Shown here piece after piece: positions 1 through 12,000 of a DNA stretch of 41,561 bases; the first letter of the stretch is position 1; every line of letters starts with the position of its first letter. Made by a program: the position numbers and the translations under genes. The DNA comes from an uncultured Prosthecobacter sp. (GTDB taxonomy: Bacteria > Verrucomicrobiota > Verrucomicrobiia > Chthoniobacterales > Chthoniobacteraceae): positions 1 through 41,561 of the forward strand of contig CBHXZU010000001.1 of NCBI GenBank assembly GCA_966125105.1. The letters are read 5' to 3'. Under the pieces are notes generated by a model, which was not told the origin of the DNA, searched no databases, and saw only the letters and a list, made by a program, of their open reading frames with translations.

Positions 1-385
1 GCTGCAAACGCGCCTCGGTATAACGCATGGACGCTGGCGGATCGCCTTCGACGCTTCCAAAGTTTCCTTGTCCCTCGACGAGCATTTCGCGCATCGCCCA
101 AGGCTGCGCCATGTGCACGAGCGTGGGGTAAATGGCCTGGTCGCCGTGCGGGTGGTAGTTGCCCATCGTCTCGCCGACGATCTTTGCGCATTTGAGCGGC
201 TTGCGGGTCGGCCCGACGCCCAGCTCGCTCATGGCGAAAAGAATGCGGCGTTGGGAAGGCTTCAGCCCGTCCCGCGCATCGGGAAGCGCGCGAGAAATGA
301 TGACCGACATGGAGTAGTCGAGGAACGACTTCGACATCTCCTCGGCCACGTTCACGGGTTGGACTTTTTCGTTTTGGTGATACAT
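1..385 (-). CDS. gyrA: DNA gyrase subunit A, 5' fragment (gene continues beyond left window edge)
   Basis: Open-ended, so absent from the ORF track. Reverse-complement translation from the ATG (complement of 383-385) reads [128 protein letters not shown]. This carries the GyrA N-terminal hallmarks (RALPDxRDGLKPxxRRIL, YHPHGD, [23 protein letters not shown]). Track ORF 68..409(+) is its antisense shadow. Confidence 0.93.
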   Translation of the reverse strand, partial: MYHQNEKVQPVNVAEEMSKSFLDYSMSVIISRALPDARDGLKPSQRRILFAMSELGVGPTRKPLKCAKIVGETMGNYHPHGDQAIYPTLVHMAQPWAMREMLVEGQGNFGSVEGDPPASMRYTEARLQ

Positions 386-425
386 CGGCGACTAAAGGCG
401 AAAAGGTAAAGCGAACTGCTTACGT

Positions 426-695
426 TTAGGAATTTGGAGGGGTTTCGTTGAGAGAGTATGGGCGCTGAAACTCCGCGATCTGCGCGTCCAGTTCCGCGAT
501 CCGCTTCCGGGCGGCAGAAACTTCCGGTGATAGTTCGTCGGCAGGCAGGCGAGTCAGTTGGCCATCGCGACGCACGACCACGCCGAGCCCGTCCTTGCGG
601 TGACGTTCGACGACCGCCAGAAAAGCCTCGTTGAGCCCTCGCTCCGTGAGCAAGTGCATCGGCACTCCTGGCGCTAACGGAAACTCGTCTTTCAT
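426..695 (-). CDS. small hypothetical protein (89 aa), candidate cognate partner (antitoxin-like) of the upstream zeta-like ATPase
   Basis: Its ATG overlaps the stop of the 192-aa ORF by 4 bp (ATGA at 692-695), which suggests translational coupling. The C-terminal segment looks helical (SPEVSAARKRIAELDAQIAEFQ). I recognised no family by eye. It lies 40 bp upstream of the gyrA start on the same strand. Confidence 0.55.
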   Translation of the reverse strand: MKDEFPLAPGVPMHLLTERGLNEAFLAVVERHRKDGLGVVVRRDGQLTRLPADELSPEVSAARKRIAELDAQIAEFQRPYSLNETPPNS

Positions 696-1270
696 AGGTT
701 CAAACTAAAGTCGGCGCAGACCTTTTGGAAGGCTGGTTCGTTCACCTTCGTGACCTCCGCTTGCGTGCCGTAAGCCAGCAGAACTGGCGTGTGCTGGCCG
801 TTGTCGTACAGAGACCACGCGTCGAGCACGGGACGATAGAGGTTGAAGAGGTTTTGCACGCCGACGCGGAACCGGCGGCGGAGATCTTCGATTGGAACAT
901 TGTGCCCGCCTTGTTCAACGCGGTCTGCCACACGCCGGATCGAATCTTCGACATCCGGAAGGAGCAAAAAGTCCAGTCGAACGTGATATCCTGCTGCGCG
1001 CGCCTGCGCGAAGTGTCGGCGGTAAGTTCGACCGCTGAGTGTAGTCTCAAGGCAGAAGTTGCGTCGCTCATTGACGAACTGATCGAAGCGGGAAATGACA
1101 ATGCGGCCTGCTTCAAATTGCGCTCGTTCGGGAGCCAATGGTGAAAGTCCGCGGGCAACTTCGTCCGCGTTGAGGAAGTCGAGCAGCGCAATCTCGCGGG
1201 GTGCGAAGTGTTTGATAAACGTCGTCTTCCCCGCGCCATTTGGTCCTGCGATGACATAAAGCGACGGCAT
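692..1270 (-). CDS. zeta-toxin-family / COG4185-like P-loop ATPase (kinase fold)
   Basis: 192 aa. Walker A GPNGAGKTT is near the N-terminus, followed by an FCLETTLSG strand. The motif RRVADRVEQGGHNVPIEDLRRRF is characteristic of zeta/PezT-like and COG4185 ATPases. Confidence 0.8.
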   Translation of the reverse strand: MPSLYVIAGPNGAGKTTFIKHFAPREIALLDFLNADEVARGLSPLAPERAQFEAGRIVISRFDQFVNERRNFCLETTLSGRTYRRHFAQARAAGYHVRLDFLLLPDVEDSIRRVADRVEQGGHNVPIEDLRRRFRVGVQNLFNLYRPVLDAWSLYDNGQHTPVLLAYGTQAEVTKVNEPAFQKVCADFSLNL

Positions 1271-1349
1271 TAGACGGTTCTGCGCTGCGGGAGGGGCAGC
1301 GGGAGTTCCGAATCTGAAGTTGCGCGCCAGCTCTGCATCCTTCGCGGCC

Positions 1350-3935
<2,586 letters not shown>

Positions 3936-4134
3936 TCAATCGGGAGGGCCGGGACTGTAGCGCTCTGGAGAGCGCGCGCAACCCCTCATTCAGGATTGGT
4001 TCTGACCGAAATATACACCATATAGTGGATAGGGAACAGCGCGCTGCGCTATTTGTGGGGTCTTCGGTGAAAATAGAGCGCTTTCCTGAGCGGGAATATC
4101 GCAACTCGCTCCGAAAACATGATGGAAGGCATGC

Positions 4135-4512
4135 GGAAGCGCGATGTCGGGCTCCAGGAACACGATGTCAGGGCCGGGGAACACGATGCCGCAGTTCGGG
4201 AGCACGATGCCGCGTTCTTGGAACGCAATGCCGGGGTCCGGGAACACGATGCCAGGCTCTGGGAACACGATGCCAGGGTCCGGGAACGCGATGCCAGTGC
4301 GGTGGAAGTTTGTCCATGTGCGGCGGGAGTTTGTCCACGTGCCCCTGAAGGTCGCCGGTTTGCCTTGGAAGGCAGTTTATCGAACCTGGAAGTTTGGACG
4401 TGGGAACTGGAAGTTCGTGACGAGGCGCCGTGAGTTTGAAAGGAGGCGGCGTAGCGTCGCTCGGATGCCGTGGAAGTTCATCGCCGCGCGGTGAAAGTTT
4501 GTCCCGAAGCAT
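4135..4512. repeat. about 17-unit tandem array with strict 21-bp phasing (two sub-families: GGAACACGATGCC-type, then GGAAGTTTGTCC-type)
   Basis: The GGAA/GGAG/TGAA core starts at 4135, 4157, 4178, 4199, 4220, 4241, 4262, 4283, 4304, 4326, 4346, 4367, 4388, 4409, 4431, 4472 and 4492. Spacing is 20-22 bp, with one skipped slot near 4451. The array lies in the divergent gap between gyrB (start 3923, minus) and the ArsR-like gene (start 4574, plus). Confidence 0.9.
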
Positions 4513-4573
4513 CCGAACGCAATTCGGGGCTTGCGTAATAAAGCGCGGATCGCCTATCCGGACCGTTCACTTG

Positions 4574-4888
4574 ATGAACCCCAAAATCGTGACCACCGGA
4601 GTCAGTTCGGACTTCGAGTTCCTCCTGATCACCATCTCCAGTCCGATCCGCTGGCGAATCCTCCGGGAGCTCCTGCAAGAGCCGCTGCCGAGCGGATTGC
4701 TCGCCGAGCGCACCGGGGAGGCGCAGTACAATATCACCAAGCACATGCGGGTGCTTTGCAAGAGCGGCATTGTGATCCGCGGCTACGGCAACGTTTACCG
4801 CATCCGCCCCGAGATCCGCATTGATGGCGGTTCCACCCTCGATCTGGGCGTCGCCACGATTCGGTTGGATCGCCAGCCGACGGACTAG
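4574..4888 (+). CDS. ArsR/SmtB-like winged-helix transcriptional regulator (about 104 aa)
   Basis: ATG 4574 (MNPKIV...) is in frame with track ORF 4430..4888, whose upstream part lies inside the repeat array. The wHTH pattern is ISSPIRWRILRELLQEPLPSGLLAERTGEAQYNITKHMRVLCKSGIVIRGYGNVYRI. The size is typical of ArsR-type regulators. Confidence 0.7.
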   Translation: MNPKIVTTGVSSDFEFLLITISSPIRWRILRELLQEPLPSGLLAERTGEAQYNITKHMRVLCKSGIVIRGYGNVYRIRPEIRIDGGSTLDLGVATIRLDRQPTD

Positions 4889-5179
4889 GAATCTCGCATC
4901 GTCCAGCGATGAAGGGCGGTGAGCCGCGCTTACCGCCTGAATCGTCTCGGACGGAGAATCCGTGGATCCCGGCGTGATGCTTGCGCGCCTCGACTGCGTC
5001 AGCCCGCAGGGACCGATTGTAAAAGTCGGCCCGAGCTTTTTTGGGGGACTGCTGAGGGCAACATAGCCAGCAAATATCGACGAAGGGGGCGGCCTCGAAG
5101 CGGACTCGGCTAATCTGGCGGTTTGGTTGGTTCGTTCGATTTACAAGCGCCAAGCCAATGGATAAAAGGCGGCGTTCTC

Positions 5180-8100
5180 GTGAACCCCATCAAACACGTC
5201 CTGCTCTCCGCCATCCTCGTTTGTGCGCTGCTTTCCGGCTGCAAAGATAAGGGAAACGCAAAACCCGAATCGCAACCTCTCGTGCCGCCCCCAGCGCCGA
5301 CGGCAGAAGCGCCTGAAAACAAAAAGGTCCCCGAAGCGCCTTCAAAGCAGGCGACAGCCGAGCAATCCACGGCGACGGTGCGCCTGGTGGTCACCATTGG
5401 TGGCCTGCCTCCTCGCGTGTTCACCGGGGCGATCTTGCACAAGGACGCGTTTGAAGTGGCGGCATCCGCCTTCGAAAAAGCACGCGGTGTGGTGGCGCTG
5501 GTGAAAGGGTTAACCGAAGATCAATTACGAGATCGCGCTGCCCAGTTCCGCATTTCCCGAAACCTTCCAGATACGGAGGGAGAATTTCGGGAGCGGGGAT
5601 TCAGCGCGAACTTGATCGATCACGACGCCAAGTCGGGCCTCACTCTCTTTTCATTCCAAACGAACATCAACGCGGTTGCGGACACAGGCTATCGGGTGGT
5701 CGGTGATGATGGGAACTCGAAGTCAGGAGATCCGATTTGGGCAGAGGCTAACACTTTTTTCCCTGCCGGGTTGCAGCCAGGGCAAGCCCCCCGCATGCGA
5801 CTGTTCATTGGCCAATACGACCGTCGGAATTCACAGGGCGCGCTGACTCGCCCTGCACTGCCTGAGGGCGTGATCCTCGCGGATACGGCGCTCATCGCCA
5901 GCGGAGGAACTCTCCACGGCTTCGTGGACAGCGCCGGCTCAACGGATTCCGCCTTCGTTTCGCTCCTTGGTTTTGATCTGACTCGCGGCATGTCCAGGCT
6001 TCGCGTCGAATCCATCGGATTCGGACAGATCGAGAGTCACGTCCCGATCGTCATCAAGTTCGGTCAAGAGGGCGATCGTCCGATAACTCAGGGTTGCGGG
6101 TTGTACCAGCGCGAGCTTGCGAGTGGTGAGACGTTCGAGCTTCCCAAGGGCGGTCCCCCGCACGCTCGCATCAGCGAAAGCGCGATCGCTCACGGTGCCG
6201 CGGGGTCAATCGCGGCCATGTTGCAAGTGCCGCCTGTCGGTGTGAAGGAAGTTACCCACGTCCTGCAAGTAGGGTGGCGCCCATTTTCTTTCTACGGGGG
6301 CGAGATTTATTCCAAGCCGTTCCTCGTTCGCCTGAAGCGCGATGGGAACTCGGTTGCGGCGAGCGCCGAAGGCATCACGAATCTCAATGAGGCCGCTGCG
6401 GCGTCCGACACCAGGCTGCGGACTTTGACCCTCGAAGCGCCCGCTCGGCAAATCATGGAGATCGCTGGCGGACGCGAGTTGCTTGTGCAGTTTGAAGGCG
6501 CGCCGTTTTGGAAACGCTTCTCCCTGGAACGCCAAGACTGGCTCCCGCTGCCTGCGATCAATCCGGCGGTGGTCGATCTCACCGGGGACCTGTCTGCCAT
6601 TTATGCGCTCGATCGTGGAGCGGCGGTGGTGCGGAAGTATGCGCTCGATGATTTGCGACTGCTCGCCGAAGTCAAAATGCCGACGGCGAATATGACCTAT
6701 TTGCGGATCCGGGCGGGTTGCAATACCCAGAGAGGTCCCGTCCTTGTGGTCGCCTCCGATCAAGTAATCGCGCTGTCGCCGGAAAAGCTCTTGAGATTGG
6801 ACAGCCCGGCTCCACCAGACCGGCGAGAACGGGCAGCCGACTCGGCAAGCAATGATTCTGTGGTCGTCACCGGCGACGGCCTCTCAGTCTACGGCGCCAG
6901 CGTCCCGGGCGGGCGGCATGTCTATAACGGCGCATTTTTGCGCACCGGCATGAAACCGCTGGGCTTCGAATATGGTCCCATGGAGGCACCTGTCTCCTCC
7001 GCCTATTCGTTCAATGGCATGGGGTGGTTGACCACCTGCATCGGCAAGAGCGGAAACTGGGAAGCGACGCCGCACCCGAAAGAGTTGACGGAAGTGCACT
7101 ACACATTTCCGAACTCGCCGGTCGGGGTCGTTCTTCGATTTCCGACACGAGAGGCGATCCCGCCTCTTCCGGCGAAAGCGGAGCTATACAGTTTCTTTCA
7201 GGAAAAGCCGTTCGCCATCGTCGAACTGCCGGAGTTCGCGAGGGTGCCGCGGATCCTCTCAAACAAGAGCAAGCAAGTGCAGTTCAATTTCGACCCGCAC
7301 TCGATGACACTCTCGGTACTGTCGCCGGATCGAAAGACCTGGACGCTCCACGAGGTGAAGCCCTTCCCTGATGCAGATCCTGCCTTGCTCAATTGGCCGG
7401 ATGCGAACGTCGAGCGCGGCGGCGAGTTCAAATTCACGGCCAAGCTTTCAAAGAAAGCCGACATCACGGCGACGCTCTCTCGAGGCGGGGCGGAGTCGCC
7501 CGTCGCCGTCAGCGGAAGCGATCTTTCGGCCAAGATTCTGCCCGATGAAATCGCGTCCATCTTGCTGCTGAAATTCAATGCGAGCGCCGGCGGCGCGAAC
7601 TCCAGCTACACCATCCCGCTGCACATTCGGGGACCGATATTTCCGATCGCGAGCGGCCCGGACGCTCCGAAGGTAACGAACCTCTTCGCTGCCAGTTTCA
7701 AGACGGTGCAGGATCCAATCGGGCAGCGAAAGGCTCTTCCCAGCCGATTCTATTATTCGAGCGACCCAATCAAAGAGGTGGTGGGCCCGATGGCGGGTCA
7801 TCTCGCGTTGGTGACGGGAGCGGGTCGCGTCGACATCGTGTCGACGGAGACGCTGAAGGTGACGCGATCCATTCGCGCGTCGAAGGACGCCGCGCACTTT
7901 TCTGGCGCCGAATGCTTGTTTTCCTACGAACCCGCGCTGCGGACGCTCACGCGTTATGGGGTTGCGGATGCAGCGCGAGACCGGTCGATCACGTTGCCTT
8001 CGGGCCAGCATCTCAGCGCGCTTGGAATCGGCGCAAATTGGGGATCGCCGCTGACTTTGATGCTGGAGAAGCGCACGGATGAGCGATCTGGCCAGATCGG

Positions 8101-9079
8101 CAATTGGACGCTCACGACCTGGAATCGAAATATCGGAATCTCGATCCTTGGCAGCGACACACTTCAGCCGGGAGCGTGGCCCGCGCCGAAGTTTTTTGAA
8201 ACGAAGGATGCCGATAACATGGGAGAAGGGTTTGGGTTTCTCGGCGGCTCCGGCGGCCCCGTCCGCATCGTTGGGTCGCGCAATGGGCAACTGCTGGTCT
8301 TGCCGCGCAATCTGGCAATTCTGACTCCCGGTTTCTCTGTGGGAGTTCCCTTTGGCACGCCGCTGGGAGAACATATCTATAACGGTGACACCTACGGATC
8401 AATCACGGGTATCTTTGCTTCCAACCATATTGGTGGATTTTCGCGAAACGGAGTGGTGACTCGAGATCTTCAGCGCGCCGGCCCTGCTGCGAACTCCCCG
8501 TGCGGCAGATACAAGTTGCAGCGGGGTATCGGTCGCGAGGTGGACGATCGAGGGCTGGAGGTTTGCTCGTTGGAAACGGACGAGATCCTTCTCCGACTAA
8601 ACCGCTTGATTGCCTACGACGAGGAGTTCAACGACTCGCGGGAAAAAAAGATCCGTTTCCTGGGCGATGGCGGACCGATCGTGGTGATTGGTGAGGAAGG
8701 GAAATTACTTCAATTCGTGGACCTGGACGTGCCGAAGCTCGCCGCCGAATTGTCGCCCGCGAGTTTTCACGTCACCTCTCAGCCCAGTCCTGTGGTCTTC
8801 GCGGGGGGCGTCTACGATTATCAAGTTGCGGTGAACAATCCGGCGGCGGTTGCGTCGCAAAAACTGCTCCAGGAGGTGCCGGGTGCGACGTTCTCTGAAT
8901 CGGGATTATTGCGTTACACGGCACCCGCGACGCTCGCGGAGCCGACGCGGGTGAACATTGACATCGTGCTCACCGGCAAAAATGGAACGGAGGTTCGCCA
9001 TCAATTCCCGCTCCTGGTGGTTCCCAAAACAGTTCCCGGACAGATTCCGGGAGTCCGCCTCGGAACAGGTGGCCGCTAA
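5180..9079 (+). CDS. large lipoprotein, paralog A (about 1300 aa), unknown function, C-terminal Ig-like domain
   Basis: The track ORF is 5123..9079. In-frame GTG 5180 gives a classic lipoprotein signal, (M)NPIKHVLLSAILVCALLSGC, with lipobox LSGC followed by KDK. After that comes a Pro/Ala/Glu/Lys linker and then about 1200 aa collinear with the next gene. The C-terminal segment FHVTSQPSPVVFAGGVYDYQVAVNNP...LLRYTAP looks like a bacterial Ig-like domain. Confidence 0.85.
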   Translation: MNPIKHVLLSAILVCALLSGCKDKGNAKPESQPLVPPPAPTAEAPENKKVPEAPSKQATAEQSTATVRLVVTIGGLPPRVFTGAILHKDAFEVAASAFEKARGVVALVKGLTEDQLRDRAAQFRISRNLPDTEGEFRERGFSANLIDHDAKSGLTLFSFQTNINAVADTGYRVVGDDGNSKSGDPIWAEANTFFPAGLQPGQAPRMRLFIGQYDRRNSQGALTRPALPEGVILADTALIASGGTLHGFVDSAGSTDSAFVSLLGFDLTRGMSRLRVESIGFGQIESHVPIVIKFGQEGDRPITQGCGLYQRELASGETFELPKGGPPHARISESAIAHGAAGSIAAMLQVPPVGVKEVTHVLQVGWRPFSFYGGEIYSKPFLVRLKRDGNSVAASAEGITNLNEAAAASDTRLRTLTLEAPARQIMEIAGGRELLVQFEGAPFWKRFSLERQDWLPLPAINPAVVDLTGDLSAIYALDRGAAVVRKYALDDLRLLAEVKMPTANMTYLRIRAGCNTQRGPVLVVASDQVIALSPEKLLRLDSPAPPDRRERAADSASNDSVVVTGDGLSVYGASVPGGRHVYNGAFLRTGMKPLGFEYGPMEAPVSSAYSFNGMGWLTTCIGKSGNWEATPHPKELTEVHYTFPNSPVGVVLRFPTREAIPPLPAKAELYSFFQEKPFAIVELPEFARVPRILSNKSKQVQFNFDPHSMTLSVLSPDRKTWTLHEVKPFPDADPALLNWPDANVERGGEFKFTAKLSKKADITATLSRGGAESPVAVSGSDLSAKILPDEIASILLLKFNASAGGANSSYTIPLHIRGPIFPIASGPDAPKVTNLFAASFKTVQDPIGQRKALPSRFYYSSDPIKEVVGPMAGHLALVTGAGRVDIVSTETLKVTRSIRASKDAAHFSGAECLFSYEPALRTLTRYGVADAARDRSITLPSGQHLSALGIGANWGSPLTLMLEKRTDERSGQIGNWTLTTWNRNIGISILGSDTLQPGAWPAPKFFETKDADNMGEGFGFLGGSGGPVRIVGSRNGQLLVLPRNLAILTPGFSVGVPFGTPLGEHIYNGDTYGSITGIFASNHIGGFSRNGVVTRDLQRAGPAANSPCGRYKLQRGIGREVDDRGLEVCSLETDEILLRLNRLIAYDEEFNDSREKKIRFLGDGGPIVVIGEEGKLLQFVDLDVPKLAAELSPASFHVTSQPSPVVFAGGVYDYQVAVNNPAAVASQKLLQEVPGATFSESGLLRYTAPATLAEPTRVNIDIVLTGKNGTEVRHQFPLLVVPKTVPGQIPGVRLGTGGR

Positions 9080-9096
9080 CCGTTCGAAAGAGGCAA

Positions 9097-12000
9097 ATGA
9101 GTTCAAGCAGGCAAACCATACGTATGTTCGCGTCGCACTTGTTCGAACTCGGGAGGAAAGCGGGCGTGATCGCGTCCGTGGTCCTAATCTTCGCCGGATG
9201 CAAAGATAAGAAGCCGGGTGCCGAAAATACTGCCCAGGCCCCAACCGCGCCCGCAGTTGCAGGCGCAAGCGCGACACCGCCTGCGGAAGCAAAAGGAAAA
9301 TCGCCAGGAGAAGCCGACAAGGGGTTGCCTGTTCCAATCTCGGTGAAGCAGGCGACGGTGATGGTTCGCGTAATTTTCGGCGCGTTGGAACCGCAGGATT
9401 TCATCGGCGCCGTTTTGCAGACCGACGCCCAGTTGGATTCGTCGAGCGTCCGCCGTTTCATCGCTCTTGTACCGGGATACACGGAAGACCAACTGCGAAA
9501 TGCCAGCTGCCGGTTTCGAGTATTTGTGACCACAAATCCCCGCTTTGCGAGCGACGCTTCGTCCTATCCCGCGGCATTGATCGCTTACGATCCGAAATTG
9601 GAGATGGGAGTGTTTGCTTTCACACCAGGCTTGCCGGGCCAGACGAGCGGTTTCGAGCAGGGACAAATCGACGCAGCATCCGAAGGGCGATTGATCACTG
9701 CGAAACTCGAGCCGCGCGCGGCGGAAAATCCGGCAGCTACCGAAGCCGCGCCCAGTGCGAAATTGTTGGAACTGAAAGCCCGCAAGTTTCCGTTGGCCCG
9801 AATTGGGAACGGAAATCTGGAGATCTCAGGATTCGAAGTTTCGAGCGGAGCGTCCGCACTCGCCCTGGATTCAGCGAACAAGTTGATTGGGTTTATCCGA
9901 CTGGCGAAGGAGGGGCCCGCTCGCCTGGTTCAAGCTTCTCCGGAAATCGCTGCGACGAAACTTCCCACGCTCACCAAGTCTGGGCGCGTGCCATCAAACC
10001 AAGCCGGGAGCGCGAGCGGTGCCGATATCGTCGAGGACGGAACTGTCAGCGTTCCCGCCGAGTTCCCGCTCGAGGGAACGGCTCGCGATATTCACGAAAT
10101 TGCGGGCGGGAAGGAATTGCTCATCGAGTTTGATGGCGCTCCGTTTTGGAAGCGCTTTTCCGTGACGAAGAAAGCCTGGCTCCCGTTGCCCGAGGCGAAC
10201 CTGAGTGAGTCGGATCTCACCGGTAATCTGACTCATCTATTCGTCCTGGACAGATCGAAAGGACGGGTAACCAGCTATGGCTTGAGTGATCTGGCAAAGG
10301 CGAAGGAGATGACGCTCCCTGCAGAAGCGAGTCCTTACCGGGCGATCCGCGCAGGGTGCAACAATGCGTCGGCGCCCGTGCATGTGATATCAGATCGCGG
10401 ATTGGTAGCTCTGGATTCCGCGACGCTTCAGCGCAGGAACGCGGGTTTGGTTGATAAGACAGAGAGGTGGCTGAATCGTTCGGAGAATGGAAAGATCCGG
10501 GCTGTCGGGGACGGCCTCACCTTGGTTGCCAACAAGGGGGCAAACAGCGCAGAGCCGGTGGTATTGAGCTATGTGAACGATTGGACGGGGTGGATTCGGG
10601 ACTTCTACACGAATGGGCCGAGAGAGGGGCAATTAGCCGTTTCTTCTGCATACGGCATCCAAGATGGAACACTGCATAGTTGCCTTAATCCCGAAGCAGC
10701 ATGGCTCCCAGTGGAACCCTCCAACGGAGTCAAGACGTACCAGGTGCACCAGATGCTGATTCCGAATGCGCCGCTGGTGATGCGCTTATCGAAGGCGCGG
10801 TTGCGCTCGGGTGCCACCGCGACCCGCATTGAGTTGCGGGGGTTTCAACAGGAGCGGCGGTTCGGCTCCCTGGTGATATCGTCTGCAATTGCGATGCCGA
10901 GCTACGTTCGGACCGAACGCCCGATGGTGACTTTCGAGGTGGAATCGAGGCGATTCGGATTGGTTTCGGAGGACAAGAAAACCCTCTCTATCCACGAAGT
11001 CCCGGCCGAGCGCGAAGCCGGTGAGCCGATCTTGCTAAACTGGCCTGACTGCATTGCTCGAAGAGGAGGTGAAGTTCGTTTCAGCCCACGGCTGAGTGGA
11101 GAGGCGAAAATCGAAGCCGAGCTTTCGGGAACGCAAACGCTCACGCCGGTTCAAGTGAGTGGCAGCGAAATCGCTTTCAAGATCCCTGAGAATGAGCCCC
11201 GGCAGCACTTCCTGCTCAACTTGAAGTGCACATCGAAATCAGGATCGGTGGCGAATTATAGGATTCCGCTTCACTTGATTGATGTGCCGCCAGCGGCCGC
11301 CGCAGCGCTGCCGCCCTCTGCCGATGCGGATCAAAAGGCGTCAAAGCACTTCGGGGCCATGCTTGGCCCGCAGGTGCGGCGCCAAAGTTTGCCGTCTGAG
11401 TTCTACCAATCTCCGGAAAAAGTGATCGATGTGCACGGGCCAATATCCGGCGCACTGGTGGTTCGGACCGAAAATGAGAAAATCGATTTCGTTTCGATGT
11501 CGCCGTTCCGGAAGGTCGGGGCGATGTCCGCGCCGAAGGCAGCCGTTTACTATTCCGGCGGTGGAGCGCTTTTCGAATATGATCCGGGAACTCGCGCGCT
11601 GACGCGCGTTGAGGTTCCGACGGGACGCCGGGCGCAATCGACGGTGTTTCCAAAGAACATGGAATTGGCGGCGATCGCTTTGGGAGAAGGGCCTCGCGAT
11701 CCGCTAACCTTGTTTATCGAGCGCCGGAAGCTGTTGGATTCTGAGCGCTACATTGGTCCGTGGGGTGATTATACATTCAGCGCTTGGGAGAGTGATCGCG
11801 GGATGCTCGTTCTCGATAGCACGACCCTGCGGCAAGGCCCGTGGGCGCAACCGAAGGGATCGCATCCGTTTACCCACAGCTCGGATGGGTTGCCGGAACG
11901 CATTGTGGGGTCGAAAAATGGCACGATCCTGGCAATTAAAGGGAACCTTCTGATCATCACCCCGCAGTATTCGCCGATTGTCACGCGGACTGGAGTCGAT

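Noticed and set aside
68-409. 113-aa ORF on the plus strand
   Set aside because: It is antisense to the open-ended gyrA 5' fragment, which carries the canonical GyrA motifs.
3990-4512. Five overlapping ORFs across the 21-bp array (e.g. 4144..4494 giving GSGNTMP and WKF heptads)
   Set aside because: All six frames are open simply because the repeat unit lacks stop codons. The translations are implausible proteins and have no SD or signal features. Coding cannot be formally excluded without expression data.
4135-4512. CRISPR array interpretation of the 21-bp repeats (also for 41407..41561)
   Set aside because: The period is only 21 bp, with no alternating unique spacers of 25-40 bp. There are no cas genes in the window.
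4000-4512. Calling this region the chromosomal replication origin (oriC)
   Set aside because: Only degenerate DnaA-box-like strings are present (TTGTCCACG, TTGTCCATG, CTATCCACT), plus a very short AT-richer patch. There is no dnaA or dnaN nearby, and I cannot compute genome-wide GC skew. It is kept only as one hypothesis within the finding.
7448-8374. 308-aa ORF on the minus strand inside lipoprotein paralog A (and similar ORFs 5689..6015, 6206..6763)
   Set aside because: These are antisense shadows with Arg/Pro-rich composition. The plus-strand frame is supported by its full-length paralogy with the next gene.
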